Shown here: positions 13,297-29,297 of the stretch, piece after piece
Position numbering within the stretch: the stretch's first letter is position 1
Layout: each line of letters begins with the position of its first letter
Source: Octopus sinensis
Lineage: Eukaryota
Assembly (NCBI RefSeq): GCF_006345805.1
Contig: NC_043012.1
Coordinates: 38,688,001 to 38,752,000 of the forward strand
Direction of reading: 5' to 3'
DNA: 64,000 bases
Notes under the pieces: generated by a model
What the model saw: only the letters and a program-made list of their open reading frames with translations
The model's database searches: none
Told to the model about the DNA's origin: nothing
Position numbers and translations under genes: made by a program

Positions 13297-13984
13297 ATTC
13301 CACTCGTGCGATACCCAACAACTCAACTTTTTATATATATATATATATATTCCTGCGATTGACTTTAAACTGCTTCCGTACCAGGGCCTCATTACAGGAT
13401 AAAACTTTGAGAAGTATGAACCCAGCTCTTCGTACTCTTCATCCCTGGTTTACTCTAACTCGAAATAGTAGCACTCGCTAGTGACCCCAGCGATGGGTTA
13501 CGTATCGTGTGAACCACTTCCTTAAACTCGATGGTAAACTCGTATAACAAACCTGAAGTGCAGTTGATTTCTGGTCGTCTCAACCTTTGTTGTGCCACAG
13601 GTTTTTTTATAGCTGACTCTGCTAAAAAAATGTGTTCAGTACTCTGCGACACTTTATTGCGTAAGAACTATTTGGACTCGCGGAATATATGCACAGACTT
13701 ACTGAGTTTAAGAATTGGTCTTACGCTCTTACGTGTAACGTCCACCACACTAATCCAGGTACAAACACCCAAGCTTATATAGAAGTTTTATCTAAGAACG
13801 TTTTTATCTGACGCTGTGAAAATACACAATGAATGGCCGGTGGAAGGATTTTAAGCTTATGTACGTGAAACAAAACGGATGATTATTCTTAAATATAAAT
13901 CAGGAATATGTAAAATATTACTCAGGTTGGTCTCTCCAGGCCATGCAGGTGTTTCGTTGCTATCTATTTAACTGTTTGTTTGTC

Positions 13985-14005
13985 TATCTACCTACTATCT
14001 ATCTG

Positions 14006-14101
<96 letters not shown>
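13985..14101. repeat. (TCTA)n microsatellite; others at ~18430-18680, 22360-22420, 24330-24620 and 46198-46266
   Basis: Direct inspection. Confidence 0.97.
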
Positions 14102-14103
<2 letters not shown>

Positions 14104-14378
14104 CCTATATATATGAATGTATGTATATATGTATATATATACATATATTTATACATATATCCATGCTTATATATATATATGTGCGTGTGTTTGTGTGTAT
14201 GTATATATCTATCGTATGTGTGTAATTAAAAATGCATGCACAATATATGCAAATACACATATACATACACATTAACATTCAACCCATGTGCGTATACACA
14301 TTTATGCAAAATACATTTTGGTATATACATAGACATATTTGCCTCATCTATTTACCCATTGCTCTCTGTCTCTCTCTG

Positions 14379-14409
<31 letters not shown>

Positions 14410-14995
14410 CTGTATATATCTATACGTGTGTGTATGTATGTGTGTACAAACTCCACCACCCCCACACACACACACTCATTTGTAGCCCCCACAGTAGATT
14501 AGAGACACATTTCTTATCACTGAATAATTCCGTCGCTTCTTCTATTAATTCTCCTCGGCGTTCGCCTCTCCCTCTATCAAGTCATATCATTTTTCATCTA
14601 TTAACTTCACCAACTTTGACCACAATTAACATTTTCTATCGCTATTTTATACAAGTCTTTCGTTGTCTATATTACTACAATGCAATATTTCACTGGAGAC
14701 TTTATTACTTATCAAAATGATAAATAAATAAATAAATAAAAGAAATAAAACAAAAAAGAAAAAAACTTAGCACGTCAAAAGATTTCCAATTGATATATTT
14801 CTCCTCCATTCAGCATAATTGTCTCCGTAGTCGAGTGTTTGGCGCACACAAACACACACACAAACACAATACCACACACACACATAAATACACACAGAAG
14901 CAAACACACACACATATATGCGTTTATATAAAATACCACTGTGTATGTGTACATATATGTATGTATATCTATCTCTCTCTCTCTATATATATAAA

Positions 14996-15100
<105 letters not shown>

Positions 15101-15245
15101 ATATATACATATATAATGTATAGTTATACACATTCACAAATTTATACTTCCAGCCTACACGTAGGCACACACTTACATATGGAACTCAATGTTTGCTTTC
15201 ATCTCTCGTGTGTATGTGTGTGTATGGATATATATCGTATATATC

Positions 15246-15293
<48 letters not shown>

Positions 15294-15631
15294 TATATTT
15301 ATATATATATATATATACACACAGACATATATATATATAGGAGTATATATATATAACATATATATACGTATATATATATGTATATATATATGTATATGTG
15401 TGTATAATAAATATGTGTCTATATGTATATTTATATACGCATGAATATACATATATATTATGCATGTTGTGTATATATGCATGTATGGTCTTATGTATGG
15501 ACGTATAAAACTGTTAAAACAAATCAATTTAAAGTTCATTAAAATTTTCCTATTTCCAAGCTGTCATTCAATTTTCGGTGTCTATTCTATTACATGTCGC
15601 TTTACGTATATATGTATACAGCCAGCCAGTG

Positions 15632-15673
<42 letters not shown>

Positions 15674-15859
15674 GTATCTAGATACACACACACACGTATT
15701 AAATAAGATATTGACATACAAATGCGCACAGGTACACTGACACATGCACGCACATACTTGCAGGTGTTAATTAAAAGAAGAATTTAAAGCCGCCTTAATT
15801 TTTGTGTCATGAATTTAATTTTAATGCAGACACACATATGTTTACGTATGAACATGTAC

Positions 15860-15898
<39 letters not shown>

Positions 15899-16578
15899 TA
15901 ACTACACAAGCAAACACACACTCGCACACACGTCAGCGCACGCGCACACACACGTGTGTAAGTAAGGGCCCCAATGTGTGCATGTGTCTCTCATCTCACC
16001 CTCTCTCTCTGTGTATATACATATATGTGTGTGTGTCTATATGTGAAAGATATGTGGGTATGAATATGTGAAGGTGTGTGTGTGCATATATATACGATAT
16101 ATATATATAAGGATGTGTGTATTTACACATACATACACGCATTTACACATACATATATACATAAGCACGTGTATATATATATATATATATATACATATAT
16201 ACATATATACATGCATACATATATATATATATATATATATATGCATAACTATATATATATATGTATATATACATTCATACATATGGGTGTTTGTGTATAT
16301 ATATGTATATATATACACACACATACTTATATTATATATATATATAGATAGATAGATAGATAGATATATTCATATACATATATATATATATATATATATA
16401 CATACAGATAGAGAGAGACGCACAGTCATGTACAAAGTTACATCAACGCACGCTCACACACCCACTCACTCTCTTTCTCTCTCCATATTACACACACACA
16501 CATACGCAAACGCTTATTCACACACACACACACACACACACAAGCCTGCTCCGTCTCTCTCTCACACACACACAAATG

Positions 16579-16613
<35 letters not shown>

Positions 16614-16923
16614 ACACACTCACACACACACATAACAGGAATGAAATACCAAGAAAAAGCATAGCTTTTGCAAAGACATTTGTATAAAGACATTTTATCG
16701 CAGAGGGAAATTTCTCATTATATTCGTCCTTCCATAATTATTGATGGAGGGTGAAGACGGAGTCTGAGCGATAAATTAAAATTTCAGTGTAACCGGATGC
16801 TTACACCCTCCTGTCATAAGCTTGCAGAACCGTATATTGATGTACCACAATCGCTCCCTCACACACACACACATTCATATACACGCAAAATATTATATAT
16901 ATATATATGTATATATACATATG

Positions 16924-16990
<67 letters not shown>

Positions 16991-18428
16991 TTAACAATAT
17001 GCATATATATATATATATATATATTAAATATATCTGAAGAAGTATACGTAAATATTTATGTATATACGTTTATAGGTATAAATACATACATGCACACACA
17101 CACACGTATTCATTAAAATACGTCATTCTGCTGTGGAATAGATTGGTCTACGTAAACATTTTGTCATTTCATATTTTTGCTCAACCGTACACGTTTGTAG
17201 ATTCACAAATATACAAAAACTAGTACATGCACTAATTATATGTCTTTTTATACTATATATTAACTAGAAAATTATATATATATATATATATATACATATA
17301 TATGCGTACACACGAGATTGTGCACTGTAAGCAAACAAATGTGTATTCAGATTATGAGAGTAAAGAGCATCCATATGGTTTCTGTATCTATGCACATATG
17401 TCCATCAATAGATGTGTTTGTGCGCAAAGTGTAACAGAATGAAAAGTGGCCAGAGAGAGAGAGGGGGAGAAAAGAGAGAGAGAGAGAGACAGAGAGAGGC
17501 ATTGAATGAGCAGCCATGAATTTTGGAGTAAGAGTGATGGAATGTTTTGAGAAGTTAGAAAGCAAATGGCTGGCATAAATATATACTGATAATGTGGATA
17601 CAAGAAATCAGGCACGAAGTTTGACAATGAACATATATGCGATGTGTGTATGGGTGTGTGTGTGTGCGTGTGTGTATACATATATTTATACAAAGAGAGG
17701 CATAGACAGACAGACTGACAGAGATCTCTCTTGATATATAGCCACATATACAAGGAGAGAGCAAGAATCAAGAATATGCATATAAATATATAGGAAGAAA
17801 GGTAAGTCTATAAAAAGCTAGAAACATATGTGGAAGAGTGTAGAGAGACAGACATACATACACATACCGAAAGGGCGATAGAGATATAAAGATGATATCT
17901 GATCGCAGCTTTGGTTTGCACGTATCTGAACATAACGATCTTTTTACGTTCTCACATATGAAGAATAGAATATGGAGCTATTGAGTATAATGAGGAAGAG
18001 AAGGAAGGAAAAAAGAGAAGTTAATACACGGAAAAATCACGGAAACATTATATAAATACATAAGAATTGTTACTGTCCTGATAATGTCACATATTTGACA
18101 TTGAATACAAAGATTCGAGACTTTGAATTCAGATTTCTTTCTGCCAACAATTACCTGATGAACGCTATTCAGGAAACGCCATTTAGCAAAAGGTTGAAGT
18201 TTGAAGTTTTAGCTGCAAGCGACCAATACAATGAAGAAATATAACTTTGTCTAGTTCTTCCCATACCTATGTTCTCTTGTAAGCACCCGTCTTTTGAGCA
18301 CACTTGCCCATACATATAAATTCTTGCTCACATTTATATTAATATTGATATATATGTGTGTGTATGTATCGATGTGTGTGAGCGCAGATATAAACTTATA
18401 TGCGTGTATACATATACACGTCTGTCAT

Positions 18429-18510
<82 letters not shown>

Positions 18511-18525
18511 CCATCTATCTATCCG

Positions 18526-18584
<59 letters not shown>

Positions 18585-18594
18585 GTCTGTCTGC

Positions 18595-18664
<70 letters not shown>

Positions 18665-19299
18665 GTCTGTCTATCGATCTATCAATTTGTCTATCTATAT
18701 GTGTGTATATTTGTAATCGTATGTGTATATGAGTGTGTATGAATTTCTATGAAGTTATATAACTGTACATGTCTGCGTGTCATATACACACACACATATA
18801 TATATATATATATATGTGTGGGTGTGTGTGTATACACACATACACACACACATATATGCATGTATGTACGTATGTATGAAATTAGAGGTATTATTTGAAC
18901 GAAAGATTCAGATTGCGAAAGAAATATTTACTGACGCTTTATTTACTTTTGACTCTCAGTTTTGAGTTTGGAGTCAAATGTATTGCAAAGATAAAACTGA
19001 TGACCGGGAGTTCGAGTCAGCTGAACAAAACGATTGACGGGGCCTGAGAAATCCCCACACAATTGACCTTTGCACTTTCTCTCCCTGTTTCACATTCTCT
19101 TGCTTCTCTCTTTCTCTCCCTCAGTACGTATGTATGTATATACGTTTGCATCATACACACACACACACACACACATACACACACACACACACCACATCAC
19201 AGACACACACATATATATTATATATATTACACACCCCTGGTAGACACAGCATCTTTAATCAGCAAAATCACGATATTGGATACTGCACGAGGTCTTAAA

Positions 19300-19382
<83 letters not shown>

Positions 19383-19388
19383 GTAATA
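19300..19388. repeat. Compound (TAC)n(TAA)n microsatellite with no element inserted
   Basis: Direct inspection. Confidence 0.95.
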
Positions 19389-19757
19389 ACTAACATCGCT
19401 TCCCTCACACTGCTTTAATTAAGACAATTAAAATATCGTTCATACTGTAGCAGCAGCAGCAGCAGCGACAGAAGCAGCAGCAGTACGACTATGGCCGATC
19501 AGTTTATTAAGTCTTTGATGTCTGATCAATAATTTTTATATTCGAATCACTTAACATATTTCTTTTTCGCTCTTTTCGAAAGATTTTCTTTTCAATTCTT
19601 CTAGTTACCATCTCATAGAATTGATAATATACTAAGATATGCGCTTGATGTTCAAGGACATGTATTTGGAATCGTCCGTGGGTGGTGAAGAGAACGAGAA
19701 TCGAACTGAGGATGACGAATTTGGCTTTTTGTATGAACTGGGTTCGGTAATGGTATA

Positions 19758-19987
19758 TTCTTTTACTCTTTTACTTGTTTCAGTCATTTGACTGTGGCCA
19801 TGCTGGAGCACCGCCTTTAGTCGAGCAAATCGACCTCAAGACTGATTCTTTGTAAGCCTTGTACTTATTCTATCGGTCTCTTTTGCCGAACCGCTAAGTT
19901 ACGGGGACGTAAACACACCAGCATCGGTTGTCAAGCGATGTTGGGGGGACAAACACAGACACAGACACAAACACACACACACACACA

Positions 19988-20045
<58 letters not shown>

Positions 20046-20202
20046 CGACAGGCTTATTTCAGTTTCCGTCTACCAAATTCACTCACAAGCCTTTGGTCGG
20101 CCCGAGGCTATAGTAGAAGATACTTACTCAAGGTGCCACGCAGTGGGACTGAACCCGGAAGCATGTGGTTTGTAAGCATGCTACTTACCACACAGCCACT
20201 CC
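19758..20202 (-). mobile_element. tRNA-derived SINE family 1, full length
   Basis: Reverse complement of the 139-491 family, with the B-box-containing head at 20140-20202. Confidence 0.92.
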
Positions 20203-20499
20203 AGCGCCTATGTTTTACGAAATTATAATTTTCATTTATTGGGAGCAACAAAAGAACTCGCATTGGCGATACTCTATGGGACAAGCATTCATAAGTGACC
20301 ATGACAGAGAAGATGAAACATGTACTCTTCCCCGCCTCTCTCTCTCTCACACACACACATCCTATATATTCCGTGTATGTGAGTACAAACAAACGTACTT
20401 TGATTGCACGGAATATAATATAAAAGTGGGCATAGTTTTCAATAACTAATATACGTAGTTCAGATTTCAGGGGCTAATAGAGCAACTTCTCTCTACAGC

Positions 20500-21300
20500 T
20501 CTACTATCCAATACAGCATGTATCACAATTGGTCTATCTGCATCATCTTCGGCTCCATTTCAAAAATATTCAATTGCGTGCTTACTTATTAGCAACGAAT
20601 TTCATTTCGTGTTTTATCAAATCGTTGGCCCAAATCGTAAACGTGTGGAAGTTGAAAGGTATCAGATCCGGCCTCTATGGTGTGCGATGTACCAGTGACT
20701 AACCCCAATGTGCTGGTTGCCTCATTTGTTTCTCTAGATGTGGGTGGTGACCCATTGTCATGGTGAATGTGCATAGTTTTCAGATTGTAGTTCGATCTCT
20801 TACTTCGAACGGCTTCTCTGTGCATGTTGAGTATCTCAATGTACCATTCGGTTGAGTTCCAGAAAATCAAGGATAATGGTCTCTGTGACGATCGCTAATT
20901 CGCCTTTGACTAGTTTGGAGAAGTGCGCTGCCATTTCACGGACTGAGCATCCACTTTCGGATCATAACGATACGGCCACGTATCGCATTTCCCCAGGTTG
21001 GAAACAAATTATCTTTTGTCAGCCTTCCACCATTCTCTCCTTTAAAATGTGTGTCAACCGCTGAGATACTCTCTTTGCACGCCAACACCTACAACCATTG
21101 TTTTGTAATTCACTGCGAAGTCCTGTTGTGCGGTAAGCTCGGAGTATTGTGACTCATCTGTCGTTTACTTGCTGACGATTTGTCTCGGTTCATAATCGCG
21201 AAATGCAATGGTCTCTTGGCAATGCTGGTTTACTCTTCTTTAAGCGCCTTCGTCTACTTGTGTACATTGCACTTGTTAACAGAGTCTTCTGTGTGGTGCC
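20500..21300 (-). pseudogene. Highly decayed mariner transposase remnant
   Basis: Minus-strand fragments DTWPYRYDPKVDAQSVKW (cf. DETW..YDPE.K.QS..W) and IHHDNGSPPTS (cf. LHHDNA.PH.S). TIRs not identified. Confidence 0.6.
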
Positions 21301-21593
21301 ATGCCACTCGTCTTCGTTAGGAAATTAATGACGATGCGTTATATGCTTGGAGCACATGACATGCCTTCAAGGAAGAAGGGAACAATTTCCTCTGGAGGGA
21401 AACATACGTTACAAACATTTTGCAATTTGAACGACACCTGCTTGTTAGTGAAAGTTAATAGCGTTTGGAGATGTTTGTATATGTTTAGGTACAGACGCCT
21501 GCGTATATTTGTACAAATGTGTGGTATGTATATGTATAGATGTATAAGCATGTAGGCCTATGTGTGTGTGTAAATATATACACACACACACAA

Positions 21594-21650
<57 letters not shown>

Positions 21651-22358
21651 CAAATATGCATTCGTATATATATGCACGCATATGCATATAGTGGTATATC
21701 TGTACAGTTATATATATATGTGTATCTATGTATGTATGTATGTCGAAACAAATAATGCATTTATATTTCTGTATATATTTCTGTACATTTGTGCATATAT
21801 AAATATGTTTGTGCATGCATATATGCGTGCACGTAGATGTATGAATTTGTGAACGAGTTTAGCTGCGTATGCAATCGCTGAATTTGCTGAATATGGTAAT
21901 GGCAAAGAAGGAATGAATCATCAGCTTCAGAGGGGAAAAAGAGTCTATTCTAAGCATAAATTGCGTATCTTCCTTTCATTTGTGTACCCGAACGCTTATT
22001 GCACTCGGGTGTAAACTCATTGCAACATACACAAACGTAACACATATACGAGAATCGAACTAAATTCTCGCCCAACACCACCACACGCCGAGCACACGAA
22101 AGGGAAACATAAAACGAAAGAGCTGTATGCAACAATATGGCATTTAGACGTGCACCAAAATAATTCTGGTTCTGTAAATGACAAAGGAACGCCTCAAAAG
22201 AATCACAGGTCATTGAAATGGTAGGACTGTCATGTCAATATTCTTAGATCTTATTCATCTTCTGTGCACTCAAAGCTATTCACGCCCTTGCAACTGATTC
22301 TATCATGCATTAGCTTGAACATGTCTGTGAATCTACATTCGGGGAAAGTATATATGTA

Positions 22359-22421
<63 letters not shown>

Positions 22422-22431
22422 ATGTCTATAT

Positions 22432-22516
<85 letters not shown>

Positions 22517-23462
22517 ATATACATATATACATACATACATACATACACACACACACACGCATACACGTGTGTGCCGATGTACGTATATGTATCTGCGTGC
22601 CTGAATAGGTACGCGGAAAGGCGAGCGCACCCACACGCGCAAGCACACACACACACACATGTGTAAGTGTGCATGCGTGCCTGTGTGTCTGTGTTTGTGA
22701 GTATGTGTGTATGTGTATGTGGGTGCTTGTATATACCTGAGTGTGTGTGTGTGCTTAATTTATACATATTAAAAGGTTAATAAGCCTTCAAGCCTTCCAG
22801 AATGCAGAGTTTAGGTTTTTTTCTGTATTCTTTTACACCAAATGACATCCATCATAATTTAAAGCTACTTTCCTCCCCTCAGAAACAATATAAACGCCAT
22901 TTATTTCAAATTAACTAAAAGTCTCGCCATGACTGACTTTTACTTCAATTCACCTTTGTACTGCGCTTCCCCAAAAGTCCTCTAAAAATATGGATTCTAT
23001 TCACATCTTACAAATAAACTGGTTGGGATTGAAACCTTCCCCGCGACAACAACAACAAGGAAACGTGTGTATGGGGAAGAAGCATTCAACACAGAGCAGC
23101 GTAACTCACGAATATTGTGATCGAACAACATCGCTCCTGCTAATGACCGGTGGGTTGGTGTTCGAATTGCGGTTACTCCGATTTATACTACAACGACTAA
23201 CAGACAGGGTCAACGTGATCAAAATTAGGATATGGTTGAGGTGGAACGGCCACGGCTGGAAATAAAATTGAGGGTGGTTTCAATCGCTCTATTTCCTGCT
23301 TGTCATCGCTTGGACGGGTCCGTCCAAAATATCGATAAATTAAGATGTAATTTTCCTTCGTATTAACTGTATTCGCGTGCGCGCGAGAGGGTGTGCTTGT
23401 CTGTATTTGTGTGTGTGTGTGTGTGTGTGCGTACGTGCGCGCATGTGTGTGTGTTTTTGTTT

Positions 23463-23495
<33 letters not shown>

Positions 23496-23799
23496 CGGGT
23501 GCGCCTTGATCGTTTGTACGTATACGAAATTCTTTATCTTAAGAGATCGAAAGTTACACATACGCGCGCACGCACACGCACACACACAGACACACACATA
23601 CGCACCAACGTAAACACAAACACATTTATAAAAAGAAATGTATAATTATGTATGTGCATATATCTGCATGTGCATGTATATATATATTATATCGTTTTAT
23701 ATACGTATGTATATAAATATATATATATATATGTGTGTATGTTTCTATGCGACGATATGAATGTTGATGCACACACACACACACTCACACACACACACA

Positions 23800-23854
<55 letters not shown>

Positions 23855-24342
23855 TCGGTAACTCTATGAAAGAAGCAACGCATCGATGTCGCTGAACCTA
23901 TTTTCAGCAACTTAGTATTTTAAATTCTTCTTTGACAATAACAACTCGAGTGTAAATTAGATTTTTTTTCCCCACTTTTGTTACATGGTGTTCAATAAAA
24001 TATAAAATATAGATATAATTATGAATGAAGCGATTTCCATCTTCCCTGACCGTTAACCACAGATATTAATCTTCAATTCTGAATATTGTTTCATTATGTT
24101 AATGTTTGACTAATGTTTGGAAATTAAAATTAATTTTATTATTATGCTTCCTCTGTTTGGGACACAGTTTATATTGATTGAACGGTTTAGGTAGATATTA
24201 AAATTGATTGTACTGTTCGGCAGATATTAAAATTTCGGATCGATAAAACATTGATTCTGTTTCTACTGAGTGGCTTGCGTATTGCACAGTTCAATATAAA
24301 ACAGTAAATGGCTGTCTATCTACCTGTCTACCTATCTATCTA

Positions 24343-24436
<94 letters not shown>

Positions 24437-24441
24437 CTATA

Positions 24442-24494
<53 letters not shown>

Positions 24495-24501
24495 GTCTCT
24501 A

Positions 24502-24553
<52 letters not shown>

Positions 24554-25878
24554 GATCGATCGATCGATCTACCTATCTATCTACCTGTCTACCTACCTAC
24601 CTATCTGTCTATCTATCTCTATATCTACTAGTTCGTATGTGTTCCATTCTCCGAATCTACCTATTTATCTGTCTGTTTCCTTTTTTCTCCATCTCCCCCT
24701 CCCCTGTCTGTCTGTATGTCCATCAATCTTTCTGGCCGTATATGTATCTATCTATTCATGTCTACCTGTTGGTGTGCTTGGCACTTTATCTGTCGGTTTG
24801 ATACTCTCTATCTCTCTCTCTCTATCTATCTATCTACTTATCTTCTATCTATATACCTAACTGTCTACATTAGTACATAACTGTTTATATCTCAACATAT
24901 GCTACGGTATATGTAAGTACCACTTTAGTTATATACACACTCCCTGTCACACATCTATGTATGTTGTGCACACATAAAGAGATATAGAATCACGTATATG
25001 TTTCTAATTTAAGCTCGAGTGTGTTTCATCTGACAAAGCGGTACACGATTCAAAATGTACTAAATTCGGTGTCAATTTACGCCCGATAGAATAATAATAT
25101 CAGATAAAAATGGATTATTATTAAATCAACTTTAAAAAAATAGTTAATGCACTGCTGGAAACCTATAATGGTGGAGCATCAAGTGGAAAGAATCTAGTTT
25201 TAATATGTCTGTGTCTACATACTTATATATAGGCACACATATATATGTATGTGGTTGTTTGTGTTCGTACATATATACATGCATATATTATTGTGGTGTT
25301 TATATATATATATATATATATACACACAAATGTATATATGTATTATATATGTATATATATATTAAATATATATATATCTATATATATATAATATATATAC
25401 ATATGCATTATATGTACGTACATATATATATGTATATATAAATAATATATATATGTATATTATATATATTATATATATATATATAATATATACATATATA
25501 CATACATACACCCATACCATACGTATGTGGTGTGTATGTGCGTATGTGTGTGAGTTATATAGGTGTGTGCATATATGAGTTTATTTTGGTATATATGTAT
25601 GAATGTGTAAATATTTTAATGATTATATATGTAAATTATGTGTGGGTGTGTGTTCGTGTGTGGAAGGGTGTACATGGAGATATATGTACCTATATACAAG
25701 CATGTATATGTGTGTGTGTGTATATACAAGCATGTATATGTGTGTGTGTGTATATGCCAGTGGTTCCCCAGCTTTTCACAGTAGTTGTCCCAAGAGTGTT
25801 CCCAATTCTTTTATTTAAAAAAAAGTTTTCCTACGGGCCCCTTTGAATATGCCGATCCTTATCTCTCTCTTTGTATAT

Positions 25879-25911
<33 letters not shown>

Positions 25912-27289
25912 TATATAATATATATATATATACATATTATTATATATATGTGAAATTTTGAATTTATTTCACAGCCTCTCATTACTAGCCTTGCAGACCA
26001 CCAGGGATTTACGGACCCCAAGTCGGGAACCTCTGATATATATGTATGAATTTGTATATGCGTATGTACACACACGCGCACAGACATACAGACACACACA
26101 AATAAACACACACACACACACACACACAGACATCCATAGTTATGTGTTGTTCGGGGAATGTCATGTATACAGGTATGCTTGTGTGTTTGTGTGTTTCTCT
26201 TTCCCGGTATCCGTCGATTCGTTTCTCTATTTGCATAAACCAAAGTAAACACACCCCATATATCGTAAAATTAATCATTTTAGCATTTAAAACAGATACT
26301 TTGGTTTCGTACGTTTCATTTTACTGCAGCAGAATTACAAGATGTATCGGGTGGCATGTACTGGTCAAGAATTTGGATCGATAGCAGTAGCGGCTCGGAG
26401 ATAAAATTAGTGAGGCTGCTGTTTCAGGAAAATTTTAGCCGTTGTTTTAATATTGTGTAAAAGGAAACAAACATATATAAAGAAAATTTATACATAAATT
26501 TTGATTGGTTCGTGTTTTAGCCACTGCCGGTTAGTGTGTTGAATATATTCATTAAACACCGCCGCCAATGCTCCCTTGTTTTTCAAAAATATCCACTAAA
26601 TCACAAAATAAAGGAGGACATCTATTCTATTTTTCAAATCCTGATAGCAACACTATACCTGGAAACAGGATAATAATCTAATTCTAAACTTTACCACATT
26701 AAAGTGTATAAACACGATTTTAAACGCAATACACGCGGAGTAAAAAAGAAACATTACTTTTCACCAGAACATTAGGTCGGCACTGTGAGACCTACAGTGC
26801 TCTCTCTCCTTAGCTTGCAGCTTCCTATCACGACATGTGAGCATGCGCACAACAGCCAAACACCGCGTCGCGAGAACTGTGAATAGCAAAGTTTTATACA
26901 AGGATTTTTGTATTTAGGGTGACAGAAGCAATGTTAATACCAAAAATTAAAATACTCACCGCCTAAAAATGAGTGTTGCGCTAGAGCATATAAATATTGA
27001 GATCTATCCTGCTATTTCTAGCTGAAAGGTATCTGTCTTTGATGAGACGAAACGGAGGCGAAACCACATGATCTGGTGAGCCTCGCATTGGATGTAGCGG
27101 CGATGTGCTTTTATGCACCAAATAACCAAATGAGAGATCTTAGGATATATCGCAGTATTTGTGCGACGTAACGGAACATCCACTTTTAGGTGGTGAATAT
27201 TCTACCAGATATATTTATATAAACACCAAGTTTACGTCTTGCCAGAATTTAACAAGATGTTTTAAATTGTATACACCACTTACATCAAA

Positions 27290-27900
27290 AACATAAAGTA
27301 CTTCAGAAATCTTTCAAGAACAAACTAACATCATTTTCAGACACTAAAACATCGATATTTATTGACTCAAAAAAAGAAAAAAAGAAAACTACAGAAGAAA
27401 CCAAACAACAACACACCCAAATAGACTTAGAATCTCCATTGCTGACACCTACAAGGAACTCCTCCCCACCGCCATCTTCAACGCAGTCATTTATATGAAC
27501 ACCGAAGCCGCACAAATTAAAAAAGATGTAGGACAGAAAATGAAGTTGACACATTATCAAAGAAAAGCTACTATTCTACTAAATAACTACAAATCTTGCC
27601 AGCAAAGAAACCGTCAAATAGAATTATAAACCTTAGAAATCCCAGATTTTATATATGAAGAAAAAACTTTTAAACAAATTAATCGTCACCATTCAATCTC
27701 ACATTACGATTAATGGAACAACACAAACAGCGTCGTTAAATGATTGGAAGCCACACGGCACAAACTTTTACGTGTCTTTGTAACCTTTGACATTTCTAAT
27801 TATGATCCCTCTATAACTTAGACGTTATTCCTGAAGGCATTCAGCCATGGCAACAGTTTCTCTCTAATAACCGCTCAACAACAAAACATGTCTCATGAAT
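27290..27900 (+). pseudogene. Degenerate Penelope-like RT remnant
   Basis: Fragments PSNRIIN, WNNTNSVVK and FVTFDISNYDPSIT resemble PLE P.CRLINP, W.NT..VI.W and F..FDI..FYPSI. Many stops. Confidence 0.6.
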
Positions 27901-28744
27901 TCTAAAATCTATCTTACTAGGAAACTAGCATGATTATCTGAGCACACGCCGATGGTACCGCCATTAATCTCAGTGGATGTAAAGGAAATATATCGTTTAA
28001 AATGGCTAAGAAGTAAAAAAAGAGAAAAAGGCCAGTCATATGATAGAGCAGTTTATTTCACCCCCAAGTTACCACAGTCATCCTATCCTATTTTATCTTC
28101 AGGTCACCACATTCATATTCTCATTCTTTTATTCTTAAGTTGTCACATTTTTCCCACTCATTCTTATGTCATATATCATCTTCCATACAACCTCATTCAA
28201 AAGCTACATCGTTAAATTTCGCCCAAACTATGTTAAATCTCAGAGGCAAAATAATCCAATATCTACTCAGAGAAAGAGTTTTGAAAATGTTACATACACC
28301 TAAGTTTCTCTCCACGAAAACAATACACTCCACAAAAAATTAAACACGAACTCATTCCCTGAGCATTTTGCCGGACTAACTTCAAATATATGTAAACTCT
28401 ACGGTTTCAAGAAGAGCCATATATTTACCTTTAGGCTTGCAAGGCACATATATAGATAGATTCTGGCAAACACGATAAACAATTGTGAGAAAAACTTCAC
28501 CAAACGGGTAAGATATATAAAGTAGAAGCCATTTTGTGAGCGTGTATATTTTTCCATGTGTGTATGTGGTAATGGAAGGTATTCCCAATTTTGTTATTTT
28601 GTCACTGAAAATTAATATCTCTCAATTTAGATTTTTAATTATCAGAAGTGTACGTTTTGTATAATAACGTTTTTTTTGTTTTTTTTTCTTACTCCAGTCA
28701 AGAGAACCGCAGAGTTGGTGGAAACGGGTCACTCAATTACGTCG

Positions 28745-28890
28745 CCGACGGCGCGAGACTGGCGTTTATTTTATTGACTCTAAAGGCTGAAAGGCAAAGC
28801 TGACACCGGCTCAGAACTAAATGACAGTAAACTCAGAACTAAATGACAGGCGAAATACATTTTCTCAGACGTGTTAACCATTCTGCCAGT
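28745..28890 (-). mobile_element. Decayed tRNA-derived SINE family 2 fragment with an internal 18 bp duplication
   Basis: gaaaggcaaagctgac...ctcagaac...cgaaatac...ttctgccag matches 56100-56200; ctcagaactaaatgacag occurs twice. Confidence 0.65.
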
Positions 28891-28902
28891 AAAACACCTC
28901 AT

Positions 28903-29131
28903 ACTCTTACTCTTTTACTTGTTTTAGTCATTTGACTGTGGTCATACTGGGGCAGCGCTTTTTAGTCGAGCAAATCGACCCCAGGACTTATTCTTTGTAA
29001 GCCTAATACTTATTCTATCGCCCCCTTTTGTCGATCCGCTAAGTTAAGGGGACGTAAACACACAAGCATCGGTTGTCAAGTGATGTTGGGAGGACAAACA
29101 CAGACACACAAACATATACACACACATCATA

Positions 29132-29182
<51 letters not shown>

Positions 29183-29297
29183 GACGGGATTTTTCAGTTT
29201 CCGTCAACCAAATCCACTGACAAGGCTTTGGTTGTCCCGAGGCTATAGTAAAAGACACTTGCCCAAGGTACCATGCAGAGGGACTAAACCCGGAACC
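28903..29297 (-). mobile_element. SINE family 1 lacking its extreme 5' end
   Basis: Homology to 19758-20202. Confidence 0.9.

Larger units (their letters stand above)
8151..13330 (+). mobile_element. Penelope-like retroelement (Neptune-like), 5'-truncated, with a long inverted copy of its 3' tail
   Basis: RT plus GIY-YIG at 9400-11109. Arms 8151-9397 and ~12100-13296 are reverse complements. Both outer ends lie next to (TA)n. Confidence 0.9.

Noticed and set aside
16692-16778. Small imperfect palindrome (tttatcgc...ccttccat/atggaggg...gcgataaa)
   Set aside because: Short stems in AT-rich sequence, a single copy, compatible with chance.
18157-18182. CTGATGA...GAAAC
   Set aside because: The intervening 11 nt cannot form stem II, and no stems I or III are present.
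23050-23110. RKRVYGEEAF resembling a mariner N-terminus
   Set aside because: An isolated short match with no further motifs or TIRs.
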